From NCBI GenBank assembly GCA_019634895.1, contig JAHCAM010000008.1, positions 4,785 to 68,784 of the forward strand: 64,000 bases of DNA, in the 5' to 3' direction. Positions within the stretch are counted from its first letter, which is position 1, and every line of letters begins with the position of its first letter. Shown here piece by piece: positions 20,944 through 31,248 of the stretch. Position numbers and translations under genes: made by a program. The notes below the pieces were generated by a model. The model was not told the origin of the DNA, did no database searches, and saw nothing but the letters and a program-made list of their open reading frames with translations. Source of the stretch: Steroidobacteraceae bacterium (GTDB lineage Bacteria > Pseudomonadota > Gammaproteobacteria > Steroidobacterales > Steroidobacteraceae).

Positions 20944-22215
20944 ATGGCAAGCGCGTTAGCACGAGGTGCCGATGAGTCCGTGCCGGGACCGGCTCGCGTG
21001 TTCTATGTCGAGGGAAACTCGGACGGTACGGTCGGAGGATCGTTCATCCTGATGATGGACTTGATTCTCGGCCTGGACCGGTCGCGCTTCGAGCCGATCG
21101 CGCTGTTCCGCTTCGAGAACTTCGTGGCCGAACGGCTGCGTGCCTCCGGCGTCGAAGTGATCATCGATCCGCCGCGGGTGCCTTTCACGTTCCGCAGCAC
21201 CTGGGCTGCAAGGCTGCTCGCACCGGTCAAGAAGATGATCAATTTCTTCGGCGGCTTCGTGGCGCCGGCGCTGCGGTATGCGGCATTCCTTCGCAAGCAC
21301 CGCATCCAGCTGGTCAACCTCAACAACTCGATCACGCGCAATCACCCCTGGATGGTCGCCGCCCTGCTCACCCGCACGCCCTGCGTCACGCACGAGATGG
21401 GCATCAACCCGTCCTACTCCCCGCTGTCGCGCTTTCTCGGCAGGCGCCTCGACGCGGTCATCAGCCTGTCGCATGCGATCCACGATGCAATGAAGGCCCG
21501 GGGCGCAGACCTGCCGAATGTCGTCGTCATCCACTGCGGCATCGACGTCACCCGCTACGCACAGCGCGAGTCGCCGGAGGAACTGCGGCGCAAGCATGCG
21601 ATCCCCGAAGGCGCTCCGGTCATCGGCGTCGTCGGCAACCTGCGCTACTGGAAAGGCCAGGAGACCATCGTCCGCGCCACCGGAATTCTGCGGCTGAAGT
21701 ATCCGGAACTCCGCTGCATCCTGGCCGGCGCAGACACTCCGGCCGACCGCGCCTACGTCGAAGGACTGCGGACGGCCATCGAGGATCTGGGCATCCAGCG
21801 CAACGTCCTCTTCGTCGGCTTCCAGGACAACGCCATCGACTACATGCGACTCATGGATGTCGTGGCGCACACGTCCGTGAGCCCGGAGCCCTTCGGCATC
21901 GTGACGCTCGAAGCCATGTCGCTCGGCAAGCCGCTGGTGTCCACGACCATCGGCGGGCCCGCTGAGGTCGTCGTCAACGGGGTCACGGGCCTGCTCGTCG
22001 AACCGGGCAAGCCGGAACTGCTGGCCGCCGCCATTGCCAGGCTGCTGGACGACCGGCAGGCCGCGGCCGAGATGGGTGAGCGCGGCAGGCAGCGCCTGCA
22101 CGACGAGTTCAGCCTGGAGAAGAACCTACGGCGCACGCTCGAGGTTTACGAGCGCGTCCTGAACGTGCGAATGCAGAAGCAGGGAGTCCCGCAGAATGAA
22201 GCAATACACCCGTAG
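20944..22215 (+). CDS. Glycosyltransferase family 4
   Basis: Start chosen at ATG 20944 (GGAG 11 nt upstream) inside the 496-aa ORF. C-terminal [40 protein letters not shown]. Confidence 0.75.
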   Translation: MASALARGADESVPGPARVFYVEGNSDGTVGGSFILMMDLILGLDRSRFEPIALFRFENFVAERLRASGVEVIIDPPRVPFTFRSTWAARLLAPVKKMINFFGGFVAPALRYAAFLRKHRIQLVNLNNSITRNHPWMVAALLTRTPCVTHEMGINPSYSPLSRFLGRRLDAVISLSHAIHDAMKARGADLPNVVVIHCGIDVTRYAQRESPEELRRKHAIPEGAPVIGVVGNLRYWKGQETIVRATGILRLKYPELRCILAGADTPADRAYVEGLRTAIEDLGIQRNVLFVGFQDNAIDYMRLMDVVAHTSVSPEPFGIVTLEAMSLGKPLVSTTIGGPAEVVVNGVTGLLVEPGKPELLAAAIARLLDDRQAAAEMGERGRQRLHDEFSLEKNLRRTLEVYERVLNVRMQKQGVPQNEAIHP

Positions 22216-23158
22216 GCGAATCCTGGTGACCGGCGGCGCCGGGTTTCTCGGGTCGCACCTTTGCGACCGGCTCGTGGAAGCGGGCCACGACGTGGTCTGC
22301 GTGGACAACCTTTTCACGGGCTCCAAGGGCAACATCGCGCAGCTGCTCGGCAGGCCGAACTTCGAGTTCATCCGCCACGACGTGACGTTCCCGCTGTACC
22401 TGGAAGTGGACGAGATCTACAACCTCGCCTGCCCCGCCTCGCCGATCTACTACCAGCACGATCCGGTCCAGACCACCAAGACCAGCGTCCACGGCGCGAT
22501 CAACATGCTGGGCCTGGCGAAGCGCCTGCGCGCGCGCATCTTCCAGGCATCCACCTCCGAGGTCTATGGCGACCCCACGGTCCACCCGCAGACCGAGGAC
22601 TACTGGGGCAACGTGAACCCGATCGGCATCCGCTCCTGCTACGACGAGGGCAAGCGTTGCGCCGAGACGCTGTTCTTCGATTACCACCGCCAGCACAAGC
22701 TGCCGATCAAGGTCGCGCGGATCTTCAACACCTACGGCCCGCGCATGCACCCGAACGACGGGCGCGTGGTCTCGAATTTCATCATGCAGGCGCTGCTCGG
22801 CGAACCGATCACGATCTACGGCGACGGGACCCAGACGCGGTCGTTCTGCTACGTGGACGACATGATCCGCGGATTCATCGCGCTGATGGAAACGCCGGCC
22901 GACGTCACCGGCCCGGTCAACCTCGGCAATCCGGTGGAGTTCACCATGATCCAGCTGGCCGAGAAGGTCGTCGCCCGGACCGGGTCGCGCTCGAAGATCG
23001 AGTTCCGTCCCCTGCCCTCGGACGATCCGCGCCAGCGCCAGCCGGACATCTCGCGCGCCCGGAAGCTGCTCGGCTGGGAACCGAAAGCGCCCCTCGACGA
23101 GGGCCTGGCGAAGACGATCGAGTATTTCCGCGGCGTCATCGAACGTCACCCGGCCTGA
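22196..23158 (+). CDS. UDP-glucuronate decarboxylase (UDP-xylose synthase)
   Basis: 320 aa. [78 protein letters not shown]. Confidence 0.88.
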   Translation: MKQYTRRRILVTGGAGFLGSHLCDRLVEAGHDVVCVDNLFTGSKGNIAQLLGRPNFEFIRHDVTFPLYLEVDEIYNLACPASPIYYQHDPVQTTKTSVHGAINMLGLAKRLRARIFQASTSEVYGDPTVHPQTEDYWGNVNPIGIRSCYDEGKRCAETLFFDYHRQHKLPIKVARIFNTYGPRMHPNDGRVVSNFIMQALLGEPITIYGDGTQTRSFCYVDDMIRGFIALMETPADVTGPVNLGNPVEFTMIQLAEKVVARTGSRSKIEFRPLPSDDPRQRQPDISRARKLLGWEPKAPLDEGLAKTIEYFRGVIERHPA

Positions 23159-24695
23159 GGGCGGCACGCAGGCCGATGCGCTCCAGCACGAACTGCCTCT
23201 CCCGGGCGTTCAGTACGATCAGGAACGCACAGGGCGCGTAGATCGCGGTCAGGACGGCCATGTGCAGGAAGAAGACCGCGAGGTTCGGGGCAGGCAGATC
23301 CTGCTGCACCCACCACGCCGCCGCCGCGAACGGCGCGATGGCCAGCGCCGGGCGCAGGTAGGCCTGGGCGTAGTATTCGGCCAGGCCGACGCCGACGATG
23401 CGGCAGGCCACCAGCGGCATCACGACGGCGACGATCAGCACGCTCGGGATCGCGCCGCCGATCGCCACTCCGGCCAGGCCGATGGTCCGGACCAGCGCGA
23501 TGCTGAGCACGAGATTGACCGAGGCCTCGCCGATCCTGAGCGCCGCGATGACGTTGTGGCGGCTGATGCCGTACAGCACGCTGGAGAAAACGTACTGCGG
23601 CGAGGACAGGATCGCCGCGGCGGCCATGATCCTCAACACCTCGCCCGACGGCTGTGCAAACTCCGCACCCATCCACAGGCCGATGAACCGCTCTCCCAGC
23701 ACGACGAAGGCCATCGCCACGGGCATCGTCAGCAGGACCACGAGTTTGACCCCCAGCAGGAACGCCGCCTTGAGCTCCTCGCCCTGCCGCAGCTCGCGCA
23801 GGTGGCTCGCCAGCGGGTTGAAGACCTGGCTGGTCGCGGACAGCAGCGAGCGGAGGTAGCCCATCAGGCTGCCGGCGATCGCGTAATGCGCGACCGCCTG
23901 GATCGGCTGGAACAGGCCTGCAATCACGGCGCCGGAGGCGTGTATGACCTTTTCGCCGACGTTGTTGATGATCACGTAGGCCCCGTAGCCCAGCAGGCGC
24001 CGCGACAGCGCCCGGAACTGGCGACCGGTCAGGCGCGCGAATCCGAAAGCCATGCCGCGCCGGCGCAAAAGCACTGTGGAGATCGCCACGGAGGTCAGCC
24101 CCGACAGCACCGAAACGCCGAGCTGGATGGTGGCCAGCGCGACGATGCCGTGCCCGCGCATCAGGAAGTACACGATCAGGCCCGCGCGCAGGAAGTTCCA
24201 GCCGATGCCGATTGCGTTGCCGATGTCCCAGCGCCGCAAGCCGAAGACGATGCCGTTGAAGACGTTGAACAGGAAGGTCTGAGCAATCGTCAATCCGCCC
24301 AGCCCGACGGCCCAACGGGTGTCCGTCCAGTAGACTGGATCCAGGTCGAGCCAGTAAGGCAGCCGCCAGACGCACAGCGCGACGCCCATGAGAGTCAGCA
24401 GCGTGATGCCGGCGTATAGCGTCACCGCCGCGGTCAGCACGCGATTGAGCGGGTCGCGTCGCCCGCGCGCCGCGTACTTCGACGTGTAGCGGATCACCGA
24501 TTCGCGGACGCCGAAGTCGAGCAGGTACATGTAGCCGACTAACTGGCCGGCGACCGCCCAGACGCCGTACCAGGCCGCGCCCAGCTTGTTGACCACGAAC
24601 GGCGACAGGAAGAAGGAAACCGCGACGCCCACGCCCAGCGCGAGCCAGCTCGACGCCAGGCTGCGGGCAATGGACGAGCCGCGTTCGCCGGTCAT
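23136..24695 (-). CDS. Wzx-like oligosaccharide flippase (MOP superfamily polysaccharide biosynthesis protein)
   Basis: 519 aa from internal ATG 24695 (ATGA overlap with the asnB-like stop). Polytopic (>10 hydrophobic helices), and N-terminal [13 protein letters not shown] is typical of Wzx/RfbX. The 3' end overlaps the convergent UXS gene by 23 nt. Confidence 0.75.
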   Translation of the reverse strand: MTGERGSSIARSLASSWLALGVGVAVSFFLSPFVVNKLGAAWYGVWAVAGQLVGYMYLLDFGVRESVIRYTSKYAARGRRDPLNRVLTAAVTLYAGITLLTLMGVALCVWRLPYWLDLDPVYWTDTRWAVGLGGLTIAQTFLFNVFNGIVFGLRRWDIGNAIGIGWNFLRAGLIVYFLMRGHGIVALATIQLGVSVLSGLTSVAISTVLLRRRGMAFGFARLTGRQFRALSRRLLGYGAYVIINNVGEKVIHASGAVIAGLFQPIQAVAHYAIAGSLMGYLRSLLSATSQVFNPLASHLRELRQGEELKAAFLLGVKLVVLLTMPVAMAFVVLGERFIGLWMGAEFAQPSGEVLRIMAAAAILSSPQYVFSSVLYGISRHNVIAALRIGEASVNLVLSIALVRTIGLAGVAIGGAIPSVLIVAVVMPLVACRIVGVGLAEYYAQAYLRPALAIAPFAAAAWWVQQDLPAPNLAVFFLHMAVLTAIYAPCAFLIVLNARERQFVLERIGLRAALRPGDVR

Positions 24696-26536
24696 CCGGC
24701 ACCCTCGAGCCAGAGCCCCAGGTTGAGCGCGCCCCAGAGGAATTCGCTGTGGTCGGCCGCGCCGGCGCGATGCTCGCTGACCAAGGCCGCCAGCCCGATG
24801 CCCGGCAGCAGCCCGCGCAGTCGCGTACTCGATGCGACCCGATCCAGCAGGCGTGACACGGGCCCGTCGCCACGCATCCACAGAGCCAGCGGCACCCCGA
24901 AGCCCGACTTGCGCCGGTCCACGATCGCCGCCGGCAGGTAGCGGCGGGCGACGTCCTTGAGCACGCGCTTGCGATGCCGCAGCGTCTGCTTGAATACGGG
25001 CGGCAGCGAGCGCGCAAGATCGATGATCTCGTTGTCGAGGAAAGGCACACGCGACTCGAGGCTGGTCGCCATGCTCATCTTGTCCTGGCGGTTGAGGATC
25101 GACAGCAGGTAGGTCTCGAAGTCCAGCTGCGACATGGCGCTGAACGGGTCCCGCCACAGCCGCTGCGCGCGCTCGATGGACTGGCGGCGGAAATGCCAGT
25201 CCCCTGGCGCGTACGCCTGCTGCAATGCGGATCGGACGGTCTCCAGTCCGACGTTGGTCGCATTGAAGAGCAACCGATCCTCCGGCGCGAGCCGCGCCAC
25301 GGCCCCGAGCTTGCGCAGCCGGTGATCCGGCAGCGCTCGCGCCAGCGCCGCGATCGGCGCGCGCAGCGCTGCCGGCAGCCGGTCGAGACCCGCAGCCAGC
25401 CGCGGGATGTAGTAGCGCGGATAGCCGCCGAACAGCTCGTCCGCGCCTTCGCCGGTCAGCACGACCTTGACGTCGCGCCTGGCGAGTTCGCTGACCGCGT
25501 AGATGTGGACCGAGTTCGCGAAATTGAGCGGCAAATCGTGGTGCCAGATCAGCTTCGGCAGCAGCTCCGCGAATTGTGCCTCGTCCACCCGGATCTCGTG
25601 GTGGCGGGTCCTGCAGTGCTCAGCGGCCATGCGCGCGAAGCCGCTCTCGTCCCAGCCCTGCTCCGCGAAGCCGACGGAATAGGTGTTGACCGCCGCTCCG
25701 GCATGGCGGGCGGCGAGCGCGGTGACCAGGCTGGAATCGATGCCGCCGCTGCAGAACGTCCCCAGCGGCACGTCGGCCACCATCTGCCGCCGGACGGCAT
25801 CGGAGAGCGCGGCATCCAGCGTCTCGACCGCGGCGCCGTAGTCGCCGGCGAACGGCTTGGGCAGATCGTCTAGGCGCCAGTAGGCCTGCGGCGGCGAGGC
25901 GCGGCCTTCGGTCACCGCCAGCGTGTGGCCGGGCGGCAGGGACAACACGCCCGAGAACAGGTTCTCGGGACCCGCCACGTGACGAAAGACCAGGTACTCG
26001 GCGACGTGGCGCGTGTCGGGGCTCGGCCGGATCAGGCCGGACTCGAACAAGGCCTTGATCTCGGAACCGAATACGAAACCGTCAGCAGTCTGCGCGTAGT
26101 ACAGCGGCTTGATGCCCGCGCGGTCGCGGGCCAGCAGCAATCGCCGGCGCTCGCGGTCCCAGATGGCGTAGGTGAAGATCCCGTTGAGGCGCGCCACCCC
26201 GGCGTCGCCATCCATCGCCTGCAGCGCCAGGATGACTTCCGTGTCGGACTGCGTGTGGAAATGCGCCCCCCGCGTCTCCAGTTCCCGCCGCAGTTCGCGG
26301 TAGTTGTAGATCTCGCCGTTGAAGACGATGGTGTAGCGGCCGTCCGCCGTCGCCATCGGCTGGTGGCCGGTGCCGAGGTCGATGATGCTGAGCCGGCGAT
26401 GGCCGAGTCCCAGCGGACCTTCGACGAAGTTGTCGGCATCGTCCGGCCCGCGGTGCGCCAGGACGTCCCGCATGCGAGTGAGAACCGCTGGGTCGCAGTT
26501 CGCATTGCGCAGGTGGATGCCGGTGATGCCGCACAT
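24692..26536 (-). CDS. Asparagine synthase (glutamine-hydrolysing) family amidotransferase, copy 1
   Basis: 614 aa. N-terminal MCGITG (Ntn Cys2), HRGPDD, FNGEIYNY, PP-loop FCSGGIDSS. Confidence 0.88.
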   Translation of the reverse strand: MCGITGIHLRNANCDPAVLTRMRDVLAHRGPDDADNFVEGPLGLGHRRLSIIDLGTGHQPMATADGRYTIVFNGEIYNYRELRRELETRGAHFHTQSDTEVILALQAMDGDAGVARLNGIFTYAIWDRERRRLLLARDRAGIKPLYYAQTADGFVFGSEIKALFESGLIRPSPDTRHVAEYLVFRHVAGPENLFSGVLSLPPGHTLAVTEGRASPPQAYWRLDDLPKPFAGDYGAAVETLDAALSDAVRRQMVADVPLGTFCSGGIDSSLVTALAARHAGAAVNTYSVGFAEQGWDESGFARMAAEHCRTRHHEIRVDEAQFAELLPKLIWHHDLPLNFANSVHIYAVSELARRDVKVVLTGEGADELFGGYPRYYIPRLAAGLDRLPAALRAPIAALARALPDHRLRKLGAVARLAPEDRLLFNATNVGLETVRSALQQAYAPGDWHFRRQSIERAQRLWRDPFSAMSQLDFETYLLSILNRQDKMSMATSLESRVPFLDNEIIDLARSLPPVFKQTLRHRKRVLKDVARRYLPAAIVDRRKSGFGVPLALWMRGDGPVSRLLDRVASSTRLRGLLPGIGLAALVSEHRAGAADHSEFLWGALNLGLWLEGAG

Positions 26537-26537
26537 C

Positions 26538-27938
26538 TCAGAGACCGGTGCCGACCTGGTTGACGACCCACTTGAACTTGCCGCGGCTGGTGCGCGGCAA
26601 CTCGTCCACGACCTCGATGTCGATGCGCATGTCGTCGCCGAGCCGCGCTTTCAGCTCCCGCGCCAGGTGCGCCCGGTCCGCCTCGCTGAAGCGGCCGCCC
26701 GGCACGATGCGCACCAGCAGCCGGTCCAGGTCGGTCTGCACCAGCTGCGAGCCCTCGATGGAATCGAGCGGCTTGAACGGGTGCGTCAGCACCGAGGGCG
26801 AGATGAGCCTCCCGTCCCGCAGCCGCAGCACGTCCTCCGCCTTGGTCGTCACGTCCTCCGTCAGCGGCAGGCCGCGGCCGCAGCTGCAGGCGGCTGTCTT
26901 GCGCGCGCCGCGATCCGTCGTGCGGTAGCGGATCAGGGGCATGCCGAGGTTGTGCAGGGTCGTGCCCAGCATGTCGCCCTCGGTCCCGTCCGGAACGCCG
27001 GTCCCGTCCGGCCCGACGAACTCGGTGACGCCGTACTCCTCGCAGAGATGGTGCCCCTCGTGGCGGTCGCACTCCACCGAGAACACCACGCGCTCGGCGG
27101 CGGCGTAGTAATCGAACACGCGGCAGGCGAAGGCGGATTCGATCGCCTGGCGCTGGAAGTCGTAGAGCGTCTCGGACGAGGTGATCGCGGCGCGCAGCGG
27201 CAGGCGCTCGCCCAAGTTCAGCAGCAGCTTCGCCAGCACGTACAGCGACGACGGGTAACCGTCGAGCACGGCCGGGCGGAACTCCCGCAGCGCGCCGAGA
27301 TAGGCCGGCAAGTTCTGCGGTGACAGGTGAAAGGTCGAGAAGATCGCCTGGTTCATGGCGCGGTTGCGGCGCCAGAACGGCGGCCGCTTCTGTTCCAGCG
27401 GCACGATGACGTTGCCGCGCAGCACGGCGGCACGGTCGCCGTCCCTGCCCATGCGCAGGCCGGCCCAGCGGTACTGCCGGTCCATGACCGCATAGTTCAT
27501 CGCGATCATGTCCGGGTCATAGAACAGTGTGATCGGGGATCCCGTCGTGCCGCTCGTATGGCCTTCCGTCAGCCGCGGCGCCGCGCGCGACCGGAGGTCA
27601 GCCGCCCGGTGCTTGACGACATCCCGCTCCAGAACGGGCAGGAGGGCGAGGTCATCGAGACCCCGGAAGCGTGCCGGGTCGTAGCCGACCGCACGGAAGC
27701 TTTCGCGGTAGTACGGCACCTGCTCGTAGGCGTGAGTCAGCACCGCGCGCAGCCTCTCCTCCTGCCAGGCGCGCATGCGCGGGGCGTCCCACCACTGGCT
27801 TTGCTCGAGCAGGGTGCGGAACTCCGCGAAACGGCCGCGGTAGCGGCCCCGGTTCAGGCTGGAACTGAACGCCCCGAGCAGGAAGTTCTGCACCGGGACG
27901 GGGCTCCAGTCGTAGAGTCGCTTGAGTGCCGGATTCAC
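26538..27938 (-). CDS. Phenylacetate-CoA ligase / CapK / F390-synthetase family adenylate-forming enzyme
   Basis: 466 aa, GTG start. AYEQVPYYRESF, LALLPVLERDVVK, GHTSGTTGSPITLFYD, and C-terminal RTSRGKFKWVV. Confidence 0.7.
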   Translation of the reverse strand: MNPALKRLYDWSPVPVQNFLLGAFSSSLNRGRYRGRFAEFRTLLEQSQWWDAPRMRAWQEERLRAVLTHAYEQVPYYRESFRAVGYDPARFRGLDDLALLPVLERDVVKHRAADLRSRAAPRLTEGHTSGTTGSPITLFYDPDMIAMNYAVMDRQYRWAGLRMGRDGDRAAVLRGNVIVPLEQKRPPFWRRNRAMNQAIFSTFHLSPQNLPAYLGALREFRPAVLDGYPSSLYVLAKLLLNLGERLPLRAAITSSETLYDFQRQAIESAFACRVFDYYAAAERVVFSVECDRHEGHHLCEEYGVTEFVGPDGTGVPDGTEGDMLGTTLHNLGMPLIRYRTTDRGARKTAACSCGRGLPLTEDVTTKAEDVLRLRDGRLISPSVLTHPFKPLDSIEGSQLVQTDLDRLLVRIVPGGRFSEADRAHLARELKARLGDDMRIDIEVVDELPRTSRGKFKWVVNQVGTGL

Positions 27939-29164
27939 GTCGCGGCCCGATCAATGGCGCGCCGGTACAGGTCGCCCAGCTTCCGCCCCAGGATGGGCCA
28001 GGAATAGCGTTCCACCGCACGTTCGCGAGCCGCATCGCCGAGACCCGTTCTTCGGGCCGGATCGCGCAGCAATTCAACGACGCGGCCTGCAAATGACCGG
28101 GCATCGTCCGCCAGTACGAGGTGCACCCCGTCTTCCACGTCGATTCCTTCGGCCCCCAGCGAAGTGGAGACGATGGCCTTGCCCTGTGCCATTGCATCGA
28201 GAACTTTCAGTCGAGTTCCTCCGCCCACCCGCAGCGGGACCACGTACACCGCCGCCCGCGCAACCGCGGGACGGATATCCGCGATGTATCCCGGCGCTTC
28301 CACTCCGTCGCCCCGTGCAACGGCAGCGACAAGCTGCGCACTCGGCTTCTGTCCGATTGCCACGAACCGGGCATCGGGCAGTTCCCGCCGGACCAGCGGC
28401 CACACTTCCTTCACGAACCAGTCCACTCCGTCGCGGTTCGCGAACATGTTCATGCCGCCCGTGAAGATGGCCAGCAACTGTTCCTCGCCGCGTCGCGGCA
28501 CGAAGTAATTGGTGTCCACGCCGTTCGGGATCACTTCCGCGACGGCCTGCGGGCATATCGTCATGAGCTCGCGCGCGTCGTCTTCCGAAACCGTGATGTT
28601 GGAACGAAACGAGGCACAATGCACCGCCTCGTATGCCCGCAACTTTCTCGCCTCCCTGCGCACATACCACCTGGCAAGCACGCGATGCTCGTAGGCCGCA
28701 CGCCGCTGCAGCAGCCGCGACTCGATGTTGTGATGCGCGAGTACCGCGGGTGCCGGACCGCAGTCGCCTGCGTAGCGAGCCAGGCCGATGGTGTCCAGGT
28801 GCACGATGTCCGGCCGCCGGTCGCTTCGACATATTCCGGAGATTCGCTCCGATAGCCTTCGCGAGCGATGCGCGAGCACGCTGAATGGTTGCCTCCGAAA
28901 ACCTGCCAGTGCCAGCCCCGCCGCCATATGCAAGGGGCTGCGTTTCGGCCAGAGCGAGAAGTACTCCACGGATTCGCAGAATTCCCCGAGTTCCCGCCTG
29001 CTCCATTCGACCGTCTCTCCCGGCGGCAACTCTTCGGGATGGTGGAATGCAAGCAGCTGCACTTCGTGGAGCCGACCTAGTTCCCGAAGCAGGTTGTATC
29101 CGCGTTGCAGGACGCCCCCGTGCGGTGGATACGGCACGATCTGGGTCACATACAGGATGCGCAT
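27935..29164 (-). CDS. Glycosyltransferase family 4
   Basis: Start at internal ATG 29164 (MRILYVTQIVPYPPHGGV, a classic GT4 N-terminus). C-terminal GGGTRLKVLDAMAQGKAIVSTSLGAEGI. Confidence 0.8.
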   Translation of the reverse strand: MRILYVTQIVPYPPHGGVLQRGYNLLRELGRLHEVQLLAFHHPEELPPGETVEWSRRELGEFCESVEYFSLWPKRSPLHMAAGLALAGFRRQPFSVLAHRSRRLSERISGICRSDRRPDIVHLDTIGLARYAGDCGPAPAVLAHHNIESRLLQRRAAYEHRVLARWYVRREARKLRAYEAVHCASFRSNITVSEDDARELMTICPQAVAEVIPNGVDTNYFVPRRGEEQLLAIFTGGMNMFANRDGVDWFVKEVWPLVRRELPDARFVAIGQKPSAQLVAAVARGDGVEAPGYIADIRPAVARAAVYVVPLRVGGGTRLKVLDAMAQGKAIVSTSLGAEGIDVEDGVHLVLADDARSFAGRVVELLRDPARRTGLGDAARERAVERYSWPILGRKLGDLYRRAIDRAAT

Positions 29165-29223
29165 GAAGTTGTGCACTGCACGGTATACTGCCGTCTCTGT
29201 CAAGTCTGCGGATTTGCTCCAGA

Positions 29224-31248
29224 ATGTCGGAAACACTCCGGGTCGCCCTGCTGGGCGGCGGCAAGATGGCGCTCCAGCACGCGACCGCGATCCGGCTGTG
29301 CCGGGCAGTCGAGCTCGTCGCCGTCGCGGATCCGCAGGTCAGCCTCGCGGAGCTGACAGCACGGTTCGGCGCCGATGTGCGCACTTACTCTGATCTGCAA
29401 GCCATGCTGACCGAGACCAGGCCGCATGTCGTGCATATCGTCACACCGCCCGATAGCCACTCGACCCTTGCAAAGCAGTGCCTCGCAAGTGGCGCGAGCG
29501 TCTATGTCGAGAAGCCATTCGCGCTCACGTCGCATGATGCGCAATCGGTGCTGGAACTGGCGCGCACACATGGTCTCAGGTCATGTGCAGCGCATCAGTT
29601 GCTTTTTCACGATGCAGGCCGCAGGTACCGCGAGTCCCTGCCGATCGTTGGCGATGTCGTTCACGTCGAGAGCTTCTTTTCATTCCGTCCCGTTCGTCGC
29701 CGCATTGGCGGCAGCGGATTGAGCGAACCGGTCGATCAGCTGATCGACATTCTGCCGCACCCAGTCTATCTGCTGCTGGATGCGTTGCCGAAAGCATTCG
29801 GCGCCGCAGCGGAACTGACCGCCCTGGATGTTTCCTGCGCCGGCGAAGTACGCGCCGTCGTGCGCCGCGGAGGCGCCATGGGGTGCCTCACGGTTTCGTT
29901 GCGAGCACGGCCCGTGGAGTCCTGGCTGCGGGTAATGGGTACGAACGGCATGGTCGAAGCCGACTTTGTACTCGGAACGATTATTCGCCATCCGGGTCCT
30001 GGTGCATCGGCGCCAGCCGTCGTGCTCAAACCCTTCAGCCGCGCCTGGCAGACTGGCTGGGGCAGCTTCAAGGCGGTACTGAAGCTGATTTATCGGCGCC
30101 ACAGGAGCTATCCCGGCCTCGCCGAACTGCTCGACGAATTCTACCGGAGCATACGCGAGGGCAGAGACCCGCCCACCAGTCCGTCGGAGATCCTGGACAC
30201 GGTACGACTATGCGAGGAGATCAGCGCTCGCCTGCACGCGGACAAGGCCGCGGCGGATGCGCGCGCGCTCACTGAGCTTAGGGCGGCCGAGATGCAGCTA
30301 CCGCCGCTTAATGATCGCGGCGTCGTGCTGGTCACGGGCGGAACCGGCTTGCTGGGGCGCCCGACGGTAGCGGGACTTCGTAACGCCGGCTGGCGCGTGC
30401 GTGTGCCGGTGCGGCGGGAACTGGCTCCGGCGGAGCGACTTCCCGGCGTCGAATATGTCCGTGCAGATCTCGGCGATTCCGTGCCGGGCGGCCTGCTGGA
30501 TGGCGTCGAGATCGTCCTGCACCTCGCGGCGGAAACGGCCGGACGCCTGCCCGACCACGAGCGCAACACGGTTGCGGCCACGCGCCATCTCCTCGATGCC
30601 ATGTCGGCGAGCGGCGTACGCCGGCTGGTCAACGTCAGCAGCGTTGCCGTGCTCAAGCCATCGCGATTCGGCCGTCAACTGCGCGAGGATTCCCCGGTGG
30701 ACCACGGCAATCTCCGGCGCGGGCCATATGTCTGGGCCAAGGCGGCAGCCGAGCGTTTGGCCTCCGAATGCGCTTCCGCAGGGGCAATCGAGCTGCGCAC
30801 GGTCCGGCTCGGGCCGCTGGTGGACTTTGACGCATTTGCGCCGCCCGGGCGGCTGGGACGGGAGGTGGCACGCCTTTTCGTCGCGATGGGACTTCCTTCG
30901 AGCGATCTCGCCGTCTGCGGTGTCGGAACCGCAGCCTCCGCCATGCGTCACTACGTCGAACATTTCGCCACTACCCCGCCGGTCGTGAATCTGCTCGAGA
31001 CCCCGGCCCTTGCCAGGCGTGATCTCGTGGCACGGTTGCGGCACGTGCGTCCGGACCTGAAGGTCATGTGGCTGCCTTTCTCCGTGTTGCGGGTGCTCAG
31101 CTGGTCGGCAACGGCGCTGCAGAAGCTTTTGCACCCATCCAGGCCTGCTCTGAATCTTTACGGCGCATTCAAGTCGGAGCGCTACGACGCCGCAGTCGTC
31201 AGGACATTGCGGCTTGGTCACCCTGCTGCCGCCGGCCGGACCCTGTGA
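29224..31248 (+). CDS. Bifunctional fusion: Gfo/Idh/MocA-type oxidoreductase (aa 1-340) + NAD-dependent epimerase/dehydratase SDR (aa 365-674)
   Basis: 674 aa. N-terminal RVALLGGGKMALQHA and VYVEKPFA (EKP motif). C-terminal VVLVTGGTGLLGRP and YVWAK (YxxxK). Confidence 0.75.
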   Translation: MSETLRVALLGGGKMALQHATAIRLCRAVELVAVADPQVSLAELTARFGADVRTYSDLQAMLTETRPHVVHIVTPPDSHSTLAKQCLASGASVYVEKPFALTSHDAQSVLELARTHGLRSCAAHQLLFHDAGRRYRESLPIVGDVVHVESFFSFRPVRRRIGGSGLSEPVDQLIDILPHPVYLLLDALPKAFGAAAELTALDVSCAGEVRAVVRRGGAMGCLTVSLRARPVESWLRVMGTNGMVEADFVLGTIIRHPGPGASAPAVVLKPFSRAWQTGWGSFKAVLKLIYRRHRSYPGLAELLDEFYRSIREGRDPPTSPSEILDTVRLCEEISARLHADKAAADARALTELRAAEMQLPPLNDRGVVLVTGGTGLLGRPTVAGLRNAGWRVRVPVRRELAPAERLPGVEYVRADLGDSVPGGLLDGVEIVLHLAAETAGRLPDHERNTVAATRHLLDAMSASGVRRLVNVSSVAVLKPSRFGRQLREDSPVDHGNLRRGPYVWAKAAAERLASECASAGAIELRTVRLGPLVDFDAFAPPGRLGREVARLFVAMGLPSSDLAVCGVGTAASAMRHYVEHFATTPPVVNLLETPALARRDLVARLRHVRPDLKVMWLPFSVLRVLSWSATALQKLLHPSRPALNLYGAFKSERYDAAVVRTLRLGHPAAAGRTL

